This document shows positions 39,613-47,860 of a stretch of DNA of 64,000 nt, piece after piece. The position numbers and the translations under genes are program-made. Position 1 is the first letter of the stretch. Every line of letters starts with the position of its first letter. Origin of the DNA: an uncultured Collinsella sp. (GTDB lineage: Bacteria; Actinomycetota; Coriobacteriia; Coriobacteriales; Coriobacteriaceae). The stretch is taken from positions 37,909-101,908 of the forward strand of contig CALHUX010000047.1 in the NCBI GenBank assembly GCA_938039325.1. Direction: 5' to 3'. The notes under the pieces were generated by a model that searched no databases, was not told where the DNA came from, and saw nothing but the letters and a program-made list of their open reading frames with translations.

Positions 39613-40155
39613 ATGGCCATGGAAGCCAACGGAATCGTACTGTCGCCCGACCCTCGTCTGCGCCAGGAGTGCGCCGTCATCGAGGAGATTACCCCAGCGA
39701 TCGAGGCGCTTGCCGAGAAGATGAAAAAGATGATGTTCGAGAACGGCGGCTGCGGCCTGGCTGCTCCGCAGATCGGCGAGCTTATTCAGCTCGTCACCAT
39801 CGACTGCGACTACAGCGACAAGAATGATTATGATCCGTACGTGCTCATCAACCCTGTCATTGTTGAGCAGAGCGACCATCTGGTACCGTTTAGCGAGGGC
39901 TGCCTTTCCATCCCGGGCATTAGCTGCGAGATCGAGCGTCCCGACCATGTCGTCGTCGAGGCGTACGACTTGGACGCAAACCTGATTCGCTATGAGGCTT
40001 CGGGCGACTTGTTCTGCGTGTGCCTGCAGCACGAGATTGATCACCTGCATGGCAACACCATGTTCGAGCGACTGAAGCCGATGCAGAGGCTCAAGGCCGT
40101 CAAGGAGTACCAGGACGCCCTGGCTCGCGGCGCTCGACCGGACGAGACGGAGTAG
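39613..40155 (+). CDS. def: Peptide deformylase
   Basis: Motifs GCGLAAPQ, EGCLS and QHEIDHL. The start could be 39619. Confidence 0.95.
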   Translation: MAMEANGIVLSPDPRLRQECAVIEEITPAIEALAEKMKKMMFENGGCGLAAPQIGELIQLVTIDCDYSDKNDYDPYVLINPVIVEQSDHLVPFSEGCLSIPGISCEIERPDHVVVEAYDLDANLIRYEASGDLFCVCLQHEIDHLHGNTMFERLKPMQRLKAVKEYQDALARGARPDETE

Positions 40156-40163
40156 GTCCCACC

Positions 40164-40259
40164 GTCCCCGGGGCGCCCGCCTATATCATCCCGTGCTCAA
40201 ACATTCTCGCTGCGCTGCGAAACTGCGCGCGGGACGATATAGGCGGGCGCCCCGGGGAC
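40164..40259. repeat. Long palindromic intergenic element between def and fmt
   Basis: Perfect 24-bp inverted repeat GTCCCCGGGGCGCCCGCCTATATC (40164-40187 / 40236-40259). Confidence 0.85.
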
Positions 40260-40476
40260 TACGTTGACGCTGCTTGTCTTGCCCGGGTGCCGTCGGGCCA
40301 GGGAGGGGCGTCTTCGCTGATAGTCTTTGTTGAGAGGGAGCTGCTTTTATTGCGGCTCTTTCTTTGGTTTTGGGTATATTTGTTCTTGTTGAAATGTTAT
40401 TGCGGATGGGCTGATGACTTGGCTTTCCGCTGTTCTTTGTAGCCGTCTCGGCTTTGGTTGAGGGGAGACGATCTTT

Positions 40477-41397
40477 ATGCGTATTGTGTTTATGGGTACG
40501 CCTGATTTTGCTGTGCCTTCGCTGGCTTCGCTTGTTGAAGCTGGGAATGAGATTGCGCTCGTAATTACTCGTCCCGATGCTGTTCGTGGGCGTGGTAAGA
40601 AGCTTGAGCCGTCTCCTGTTAAGGCTAAGGCACTGGAGCTGGGGTTGCCGGTCATTGAGGCGAATCGCATGACCCCTGAGGTTGTTGAGGTGCTCCAGGC
40701 TGCCCAGGCTGATATTTTCTGTGTGGCTGCCTATGGCTGCATTTTGCCCGATGAGGTGCTGCATATGGCGCCGCTTGGTATTGTGAATGTTCATGCTTCG
40801 CTGCTGCCACGTTGGCGTGGGGCTGCTCCTATTCAGCGTGCGATTCTCGCTGGTGATGAGGTTGCTGGCGTTTCTATCATGCGCATCGGGCATGGCGTGG
40901 ATACTGGTGCTTATTGTGCTCAGGCTTCCACATCGGGTGCCGGTAAACATGCTGAGGCGCTGACCATGGAGCTTGGTGAGCTTGGCGGTAAACTGCTAGC
41001 CGATACGCTTCCTTCTCTTGCCGATGGCACCGCCGTGTGGACTGAACAGGATGAGTCGCTTGTCACCCATGCCGCCAAGATTTCTAAGCAGGAGATGCGC
41101 CTGGATCCGCACATGGCGGCGCTTGATTGCGTGCGCCATGTGCTGGCTTCGTCCGATACCGCGCCTGCCCGTTGCGTGATTGCCGGCAAGACTGTGCGCG
41201 TGCTCGATGCTGCGCCTGCTGATGTGTCGCTCGGCGAGGGTCAGGTTCTCGTTAAGGCCAAGCGTGTTTACCTGGGCCTTTCTGATAGCTCGGTTGAACT
41301 ACTCGAAGTTAAGCCTGATGGCAAGCGTGCCATGTTTGCTTCTGCCTGGGCCGCCGGCCTGCAGGGTGCCGATCTTTCGTGGGGTGTTTTGTCATGA
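40477..41397 (+). CDS. fmt: Methionyl-tRNA formyltransferase
   Basis: Motifs MRIVFMGTPDFA and NVHASLLPRWRGAAPIQ. Confidence 0.95.
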   Translation: MRIVFMGTPDFAVPSLASLVEAGNEIALVITRPDAVRGRGKKLEPSPVKAKALELGLPVIEANRMTPEVVEVLQAAQADIFCVAAYGCILPDEVLHMAPLGIVNVHASLLPRWRGAAPIQRAILAGDEVAGVSIMRIGHGVDTGAYCAQASTSGAGKHAEALTMELGELGGKLLADTLPSLADGTAVWTEQDESLVTHAAKISKQEMRLDPHMAALDCVRHVLASSDTAPARCVIAGKTVRVLDAAPADVSLGEGQVLVKAKRVYLGLSDSSVELLEVKPDGKRAMFASAWAAGLQGADLSWGVLS

Positions 41398-42794
41398 GCA
41401 AACTGTCTCCCGCGCGCAAGCTTGCGCTCGATGTGTTGATGGAGGCCGATCGCCGCGGTATGTATGCGCGCGACGTGCTGTCCTCTCGTGCATCGGCCAA
41501 GGCTATTGACCAGCGCGATTCCGCTTTTGCCGCTCGCTTGGCGCTGGGTGTTGCCGCCACGCAGGGTATTTTGGACGAGCTGCTCGATCAGTTTCTCGAT
41601 AAGCCTAAAAAGGTTGCGCCGCGTGTTCGCATGGCGCTTCGTATCTCGGCCTTCGAGATGCTCTACCTGCATACGCCGGACCGCGTTGCCGTAAGTCAGG
41701 GAGTTGAGCTGGTTCGCTGCGGTGCTAAGTCCGCCGCTGGCTTGGCCAATGCTGTACTGCATAAGGTTGCAGACAATGTTGAGGACTTTGCTACTGCGTC
41801 CGATGTGGATGAGCCTGAGCGACGCTTGGTTCGTCTGTCGCGCCTGATGGGTCTTCCTCGCTGGCTGTGCGCCCGCATTATGGCGTCGTTTAACACGCCA
41901 GAGGGTGCGCTTAACTTTGCCGGCAATCTGGCCCCCGCGCCGCTGGCCCTGCATGAGAACGCTTTTGCTTCCAAGCCCGATCCGTATATCTCGCAGCTCG
42001 TCGCACCTGTCTTCCCGGGCTGCCATGCCCCGGTTGATGCCCAGGTTACCGTTGCTTCGGGTGCGTTTGAGCGTGCTGCCGCGGTGGCATCTGATCTCAA
42101 CGCGCAACTTATCGCCACAGCTGCCACGCGCCCTGGTAGCTGCCTTGAGATTGGTGCCGGTCGTGGCACCAAGACCTATGTGATGATGTGCCAGGCCAAG
42201 CGTACGGGCTATGAGCGTCAGCATACGGCGCTCGATCTGCATGATCGCAAGTGCGATCTGAATCTCGCTCGCCTGCATAAGGCCGGTATTCAGGGCGTTC
42301 GTACGGTTTCTGGTGATGCTTGCGAGCTTGATGAGGTGCTCACATCGTTTGATGCCATGCTTGGCGAGCCGGTTAAGTTCGACACAGTCTTTATCGATGC
42401 GCCGTGCTCTGGCACCGGAACCATGCGTCGTCATCCCGAGATCCCGTGGCGCCTGACCGAAAAGGATGTGACGGTTGAGCTGCCCAAGCTGCAGCTGACG
42501 ATGCTCAAGGAAGCCGCTGCGCGCGTGGCTGCCGGCGGCGAGCTCATCTATGCCACCTGCTCGGTCTTTGAAGAGGAGAACGCGCAGGTCGTGGATGCCT
42601 TCCTGGCTTCTCCCGAGGGTGCCGGCTTTACCGTGGCGCCGCTCTCTGAAGCGCAGATTCTGCAACTCCCCGAGTTCGATCAGGCCAAGAAGCTCGTATC
42701 CGTACGCCAGAACGATCGAGGCCTCTTCCAAAGCGTGCCGGTAAACGCCGATTCCTACGACGGCCACTTCTGCGCCAGGCTGGTCCACAAGTAA
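41394..42794 (+). CDS. rsmB: 16S rRNA m5C methyltransferase RsmB/Sun (NusB-like N-domain)
   Basis: N-terminal NusB-like domain; motifs DAPCSGTG, RRHPEI, YATCS, EEN and DGHF; def-fmt-sun synteny. Confidence 0.88.
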   Translation: MSKLSPARKLALDVLMEADRRGMYARDVLSSRASAKAIDQRDSAFAARLALGVAATQGILDELLDQFLDKPKKVAPRVRMALRISAFEMLYLHTPDRVAVSQGVELVRCGAKSAAGLANAVLHKVADNVEDFATASDVDEPERRLVRLSRLMGLPRWLCARIMASFNTPEGALNFAGNLAPAPLALHENAFASKPDPYISQLVAPVFPGCHAPVDAQVTVASGAFERAAAVASDLNAQLIATAATRPGSCLEIGAGRGTKTYVMMCQAKRTGYERQHTALDLHDRKCDLNLARLHKAGIQGVRTVSGDACELDEVLTSFDAMLGEPVKFDTVFIDAPCSGTGTMRRHPEIPWRLTEKDVTVELPKLQLTMLKEAAARVAAGGELIYATCSVFEEENAQVVDAFLASPEGAGFTVAPLSEAQILQLPEFDQAKKLVSVRQNDRGLFQSVPVNADSYDGHFCARLVHK

Positions 42795-42801
42795 TTACTA
42801 C

Positions 42802-42866
42802 GTTGCGGTGAAATAGGGATTGAATAGCGGCATCTACCCGCCAAAAAGTCCTTATTTCACCGCAAC
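42802..42866. repeat. 65-bp element with terminal inverted repeats (copy 2)
   Basis: GTTGCGGTGAAATA...TATTTCACCGCAAC, a perfect 14-bp inverted repeat; homologous to 26547-26611. Confidence 0.85.
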
Positions 42867-42978
42867 TCAGGATTTTTCTGGGACGGGGATTAATAAATCG
42901 GGTATGAAAGCAAGCGGTTGGGTTCGGTAGGTTTCTAGTTGCATGAACCGCTCGCGGATTTAATATTTAGAGGTTAAA

Positions 42979-43935
42979 ATGACCGATCTTAACTATGACA
43001 AGATTGACAATCCTGAAGATAAAACTCAGGGAAATGAAGAAGTTAAAAATTCTTCGATTAAAAAGCGTGTAATTATTGGTGCCGGTATTGTTGCTCTGCT
43101 TATTGCTGGTTGTGTCGTTGTTTATGCTGGTTACAATTACAAACAAGCATGTAGTGAACATAATCAGCAGGTTGAAGTTTTGTATTCAAAGGCTAGCGAT
43201 AGTGTTGTTTCCTTTAAAGCTGATCCTAGGCTACTAACATTTGAGCAACGTCTTGATACCATTAGAAATGCTCAAAACAATAAAGAGATGTTGAATAAAG
43301 AGATCTCTGATGACAAATTTAAGTATGCTGATGGTACTTCCCCTGATTGGACGAAGTTGCTTAATAAATACGATTCCATCATTAAAGACTGCCGTAATGC
43401 TCAAAACAATGAGTGGAATACTTCTCTAGCTGACCATGTTAATTTTGATGTAAATACTACTGAAGATACCGACTCTCTCCAACAGCATATAAATAGCCTT
43501 AATGGCCTTCTTAATGATATTTCTAATAAAGACAACCAGAAGCTTATTTTTGAAGATGCCAAAAAGGATTCTAAGAAGTTCATTGATCAAATCAATGAAC
43601 AGATCAGTCGTTATCAAACTCGTATTGATGATGTAAATAAGGCCAAGGCTGAAGATGAGGCTAAGGCTCAAGAAGAAGCAGCTAAGGCTCAGCAGCAGGC
43701 TTCTCAGCAAAACAATTATTCCAGTAATTCTGGTAGTAATTATTCTGGCGGTAGCGGCTATTCTGATGGCTCCTCTAATAGTGGTTATTCTGGCGGCTCC
43801 TCTAACGGCGGCGGCAAAATAGTCATTAAAACCATGGACGTTTATGACGAAAATGGTAACTATGTTGGATCGACTCATTGGTATAGCGATGGTACCTGTG
43901 ACGATCCCTATTCTGCCGGTATGGGCGGATTTTAA
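42979..43935 (+). CDS. AT-rich hypothetical membrane-anchored protein (helical stalk, Ser/Gly/Asn-rich tail)
   Basis: AGAGG RBS; single N-terminal TM (VIIGAGIVALLIAGCVVVY); AKAQEEA coiled coil; SGGSS repeats. Confidence 0.75.
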   Translation: MTDLNYDKIDNPEDKTQGNEEVKNSSIKKRVIIGAGIVALLIAGCVVVYAGYNYKQACSEHNQQVEVLYSKASDSVVSFKADPRLLTFEQRLDTIRNAQNNKEMLNKEISDDKFKYADGTSPDWTKLLNKYDSIIKDCRNAQNNEWNTSLADHVNFDVNTTEDTDSLQQHINSLNGLLNDISNKDNQKLIFEDAKKDSKKFIDQINEQISRYQTRIDDVNKAKAEDEAKAQEEAAKAQQQASQQNNYSSNSGSNYSGGSGYSDGSSNSGYSGGSSNGGGKIVIKTMDVYDENGNYVGSTHWYSDGTCDDPYSAGMGGF

Positions 43936-43983
43936 ATTATGCTAATTATTAAAAATTAATTAGCTACCTATAGCGCTAAGAAA

Positions 43984-44015
43984 CAGCCCCGCGATCGGTG
44001 CCGGTCGCGGGGCTG
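43984..44015. terminator. Hairpin between convergent genes
   Basis: CAGCCCCGCGATCGG / CCGGTCGCGGGGCTG with an upstream A-tract. Confidence 0.7.
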
Positions 44016-44023
44016 ATTGGTTT

Positions 44024-44260
44024 CTAGTGGCTGTGCGGGCAGTTGGCGCAGCAACCGCTCGTGGCGCTTGTGCTGGAGCCGCCGCTTCGCTGGTCGGTGT
44101 TGTAGAAACCGCTGCCCTCAAATTTAATGCTGCTGGCCGAGAACGTCTTGGCCGCCGGGGCACCGCAGCTCGGGCACACGACCTCGGGAGTCTCGGACAT
44201 GGGATGCTCAACCTCAAACACGTTGCCGCAGCTCGAGCACTTGTAATCGTAGCGCGCCAT
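44024..44260 (-). CDS. FmdB-family zinc-ribbon protein
   Basis: MARYDYKCSSCG...CPSCG...FEGSGFY; AAGGAAG RBS. Confidence 0.88.
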   Translation of the reverse strand: MARYDYKCSSCGNVFEVEHPMSETPEVVCPSCGAPAAKTFSASSIKFEGSGFYNTDQRSGGSSTSATSGCCANCPHSH

Positions 44261-44348
44261 AATACTTCCTTTTCAGCACAAAGCGGGCAGATTACTCTGC
44301 CCGCAAAAATTCAAACGTCTGTAACTGTACCCTATATCGGGCGTTTTA

Positions 44349-47300
44349 TCACGCTTCGCCCCAGAATCTATGCGTGTTGCGCAGGAGCTGTGCGGTTTTG
44401 CCCTCAGCGGCCGCAACGTCGGCCTCGTCAGCCTGCCAGGTCCAGTTGCCCGTGGCCACGCCCGGTACGTTCATGCGCGTGTCGTCGCCAAGCCCCAGCA
44501 CGTCCTGCAGCGGCATCATCACCAGGGGAGCGTCGCTTGTCAGGGCGTTGCCCATGAGCTCGCTTGCCAATGCAATGCCGCTCGGTTCGTCGCCACCCGA
44601 AAAGGAGCGCGTGCACCAGCCGGCAAGCGTCGAGGTGTCGTGCGTCGAGGTGTACAGGATCTTGCCCGGTGTGGGATGAATTCCGCAGCGAACGTCGTAG
44701 TCGCTAAACTCCAGCACGTCCATGCCGGGGAAGCCGCAGGTCGAAGCCATCGCACGAACGCCAGGCGTCAGATAGCCCAGGTCCTCGGCGATAAAGTTGA
44801 GCGGACCCAGCTCGTCATAGGCGGTCTGGAACAGGTCTTTGCCCGGTCCTGCCAGCCAACGCCCGTCGGCGCATGCCTTGCCCGCGGGAATGCTGAAATA
44901 GCTGTGGAATCCCAGGAAGTGATCCAGGCGCACGCGGTCGTAGAGCGAAAACGCACGACGTAGGCGATCCATCCACCAGCTATAGCCGTTCTGCTTCATG
45001 TGGTCCCAGCGGAACGTCGGGTTGCCCCACACCTGGCCCTCGGGCGCAAAGTTGTCGGGCGGCGCGCCAGAAATCTCAATCGCCTTACCGGTATCGGACA
45101 GCCAGAAGTTCTCGGGCTCGCTCCATGCATCGGCCGAATCGTCCGAGACATACATCGGGATATCGCCGATGACCTCGATGCCCTTCTTGTGCGCGTAGTT
45201 CATGAGCTCGCACCAGGCCAGGTCAAAGCGGTACTGCATGTACGCCTGAAGCTCGGCCTCGTCGTGGAAGCGATTGTCGTCGATCAGATGCTCGTTGTAG
45301 CGCGCAACATCTGCCGGCCAATCGTGGCGCGATTCGCCCTCAAAGTACTTTTTGACGGCCATGTAGACGCAGTACTTCTCAAGCCAATCGGCATTGCGAT
45401 GTTTAAACGCGGTGTACAGCGGATCGGCATCCTCGCCGCCACGGGCCTTCCAAGTTTCAAAGTCGGCCGCCAGCTCCTCGTGGCTTTCGGGCAGCAGGTC
45501 GATATTGCCTGCAAAGGCCGAAGGACCGGCGTAAGGGGAGCGGAAGAAGTCCGTCGGGTTGACAGGCAGGACCTGCCAGTAGCGCATGCCCATAGCGGCC
45601 AGATGGTCGATAAAACGACGCGTTGGCGCGCCGATCGTGCCGGGCTTGCCGTCATCGGTCGGTAACGAGGTGATATGGCACACAACGCCCGCGCCGTGAT
45701 CGAGCGGCTCCTGCAGGCGCTGCTCGGCATGGTGATAGATGATCGACGAGCCCAGCGGATACAAATCGAGCGTGACCGTGCCGTTGTGAATCTCGCACTC
45801 GTGACCGCTAATCACGTCACTCGCGCATTCGTCGAGCGCCGGAATCGTCACGCGGTGCGAATTGCGCAGACTACGGTTGATGATAACCGTCGCGGACTCG
45901 CCATCCTTGCCCGTGCGGTTGTATGCCAGCACCTCGTCGTTGAGCGCGAAGGCCTTGATCTCGCCGTCGATCATAAACGGCAGTGCGCGGCGTACGGCGG
46001 AGGCGTTTTTGACAATAGCCAGCGTGTCGAAGTCGTGCAGTTGGTCCTTGGTCGGCAGCGTACGGCGATTGCCCGGATCGGTCAGGCCCTCAAGGCCGTA
46101 CTCGTCGCCATAGTAAATCGAAGGCACGCCGGGGAACGTCATCTGCATGAGCGTTGCAAGCCAAAAACGGCTCTTGGCCAGGCCCATCGAGTTCTCGTCT
46201 AGGCGCCACTTGCTGCGCTCGCACTCGGGTAGCTGCGACTCGTCGGGGCCGCCGCCGAGCACTGAGATGATACGTGGACGGTCGTGGCTCGACAGCAGGT
46301 TGAGCGCGCAGGACAGGGCCTCGCGCGGATAATTCTCGCGCAGGGTTTCGATATCCTCGGCTGCCTGATAGGCGTTCTTGTAGCCCATCAAAAAGCCGAT
46401 GACCATGTCGCGGAAGGGATAATCCATAGCCGAGTCAAGCTCGGATCCTTGCAGGTAACGACGCAAATGGCCATAGCTGATCTTGTTGGAGGCGTCTTCC
46501 CAGACCTCACCGAGCAGCAGTGCGTCGGGCTTCTCGGCGAGCACGGCCTTTTTGATCTCGGCCAGGAAATCGTCCGAAAGCTCGTCGGCCACATCCAGGC
46601 GCCAGCCATGGGCACCGGCGCGCAGCCATTTACGAATCACGCCGTCCTTGCCCAGAAGCTTCTCGCGCACCAGCTCAGAATTCTCGTTGATGGCGGGCAT
46701 GTTGCCCACGCCCCACCAGCAGTCGTACGAGCCGTCCTCGTGGAAATAAAACGCATCGCGCCACGGCGAATCCTCGCTCTGCCACGCGCCCACGCCGGGG
46801 TAGTTGCCATAGCGGTTGAAATAGATGGAGTCGTCGCCCGTGTGGTTGAACACACCGTCGAGAATGATGGAAATGCCCAGCTTCTCGGCCGCCTGACACA
46901 GTTCGGTAAAGTCCTGCTCGGTGCCCAGGATCGGGTCGATCTTGGTGTAGTCGGCCGTGTCGTAGCGGTGGTTGCTCGCGGCTTCAAAAATGGGGTTGAG
47001 GTAGATGGCCGTAAAGCCCAGCTCGGCGATGCGAGGCAGGTCTTCCTGGATGCCCTTGAGCGACCCGCCGTAGAAGTCCCAGGTTTTGATGGAGCCGTCT
47101 TCGGCGCGCTCGTACACGGGCGGCTCGTTCCAGTCCTCGACCATGCGGCGCTGGATTCCGTTGCGTGGTTTTTCGACCTCGGCCAGCGTGCGCTCGCGCC
47201 AGTTTTCATCTCGGGCGTAGCGATCGGGGAAGATCTGGTAGACCATGCCACGCTCGTACCACTCGGGACGCACTTCGCGGTGCTTATAGACGGTAATCTG

Positions 47301-47645
47301 GAAGGACGGAACCTCGGCGTAGTCGTAAGTTACGCCCTCTCCGCCGGTGCGACCCTGCGGTGCGCCCAAGCGGACCTCGGGCTGGCCCTCGATATTGCAT
47401 ATAAAGCTGTACCACACAAGACACGGTTCAGTGCATTTGAGCTCGCCGGTAAAAATGCCATCGCCTTCGTGCTCCATTGGGATCAGGGTCTCGCCGACTT
47501 CATCGACCCAGGTGCGCAGCGTAAGCGTTGCCTGGTTGGGATCGGCATCCTCCAAAATCACCGAGAGTGCAACGGAAGTTCCAGTGGCCACAGCGCCAAA
47601 CGGAGTGCGAAACTGCGGTAGACGGCTGTTGTGTATCAATCTCAT
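44349..47645 (-). CDS. malQ: Fusion of a GH13 (neopullulanase/amylopullulanase-like) domain and GH77 4-alpha-glucanotransferase
   Basis: GH13 motifs YQIFPDR, LDGVFNH, GWRLDVA, GEVWE and SSHD. GH77 motifs YWQVLP, IGDIPMY, GQVWGNP, RLDHF, AEDLG, THD and RMNVPG. Confidence 0.9.
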   Translation of the reverse strand: MRLIHNSRLPQFRTPFGAVATGTSVALSVILEDADPNQATLTLRTWVDEVGETLIPMEHEGDGIFTGELKCTEPCLVWYSFICNIEGQPEVRLGAPQGRTGGEGVTYDYAEVPSFQITVYKHREVRPEWYERGMVYQIFPDRYARDENWRERTLAEVEKPRNGIQRRMVEDWNEPPVYERAEDGSIKTWDFYGGSLKGIQEDLPRIAELGFTAIYLNPIFEAASNHRYDTADYTKIDPILGTEQDFTELCQAAEKLGISIILDGVFNHTGDDSIYFNRYGNYPGVGAWQSEDSPWRDAFYFHEDGSYDCWWGVGNMPAINENSELVREKLLGKDGVIRKWLRAGAHGWRLDVADELSDDFLAEIKKAVLAEKPDALLLGEVWEDASNKISYGHLRRYLQGSELDSAMDYPFRDMVIGFLMGYKNAYQAAEDIETLRENYPREALSCALNLLSSHDRPRIISVLGGGPDESQLPECERSKWRLDENSMGLAKSRFWLATLMQMTFPGVPSIYYGDEYGLEGLTDPGNRRTLPTKDQLHDFDTLAIVKNASAVRRALPFMIDGEIKAFALNDEVLAYNRTGKDGESATVIINRSLRNSHRVTIPALDECASDVISGHECEIHNGTVTLDLYPLGSSIIYHHAEQRLQEPLDHGAGVVCHITSLPTDDGKPGTIGAPTRRFIDHLAAMGMRYWQVLPVNPTDFFRSPYAGPSAFAGNIDLLPESHEELAADFETWKARGGEDADPLYTAFKHRNADWLEKYCVYMAVKKYFEGESRHDWPADVARYNEHLIDDNRFHDEAELQAYMQYRFDLAWCELMNYAHKKGIEVIGDIPMYVSDDSADAWSEPENFWLSDTGKAIEISGAPPDNFAPEGQVWGNPTFRWDHMKQNGYSWWMDRLRRAFSLYDRVRLDHFLGFHSYFSIPAGKACADGRWLAGPGKDLFQTAYDELGPLNFIAEDLGYLTPGVRAMASTCGFPGMDVLEFSDYDVRCGIHPTPGKILYTSTHDTSTLAGWCTRSFSGGDEPSGIALASELMGNALTSDAPLVMMPLQDVLGLGDDTRMNVPGVATGNWTWQADEADVAAAEGKTAQLLRNTHRFWGEA

Positions 47646-47772
47646 AGTACGGTCCAGTTCAATAGAATCATGGCCTGCGGGCCATGGGTTTTACGCCTAA
47701 GATGTAAGTATATCTGTAGTACACAGGGTGTATAAACAACATCCGTTTACCATCGGCGAACGGTTGTCCTAG

Positions 47773-47787
47773 AAAATCGTTTTACCA
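47773..47787 (-). promoter_or_regulatory. Putative LacI-type operator upstream of the GH13-GH77 gene
   Basis: The reverse strand reads TGGTAAAACGATTTT, 14/15 identical to 57690-57704. Confidence 0.5.
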
Positions 47788-47799
47788 CTACCTACAGAG

Positions 47800-47826
47800 A
47801 AGGGGCGCCCGGTTGGAGCGCCCCTT
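47800..47826 (-). terminator. Hairpin downstream of glgA
   Basis: AAGGGGCGC / GCGCCCCTT inverted repeat. Confidence 0.55.
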
Positions 47827-47860
47827 GCTTAGGGTTTGATGAGGTTTTGGATCGTCTGGA

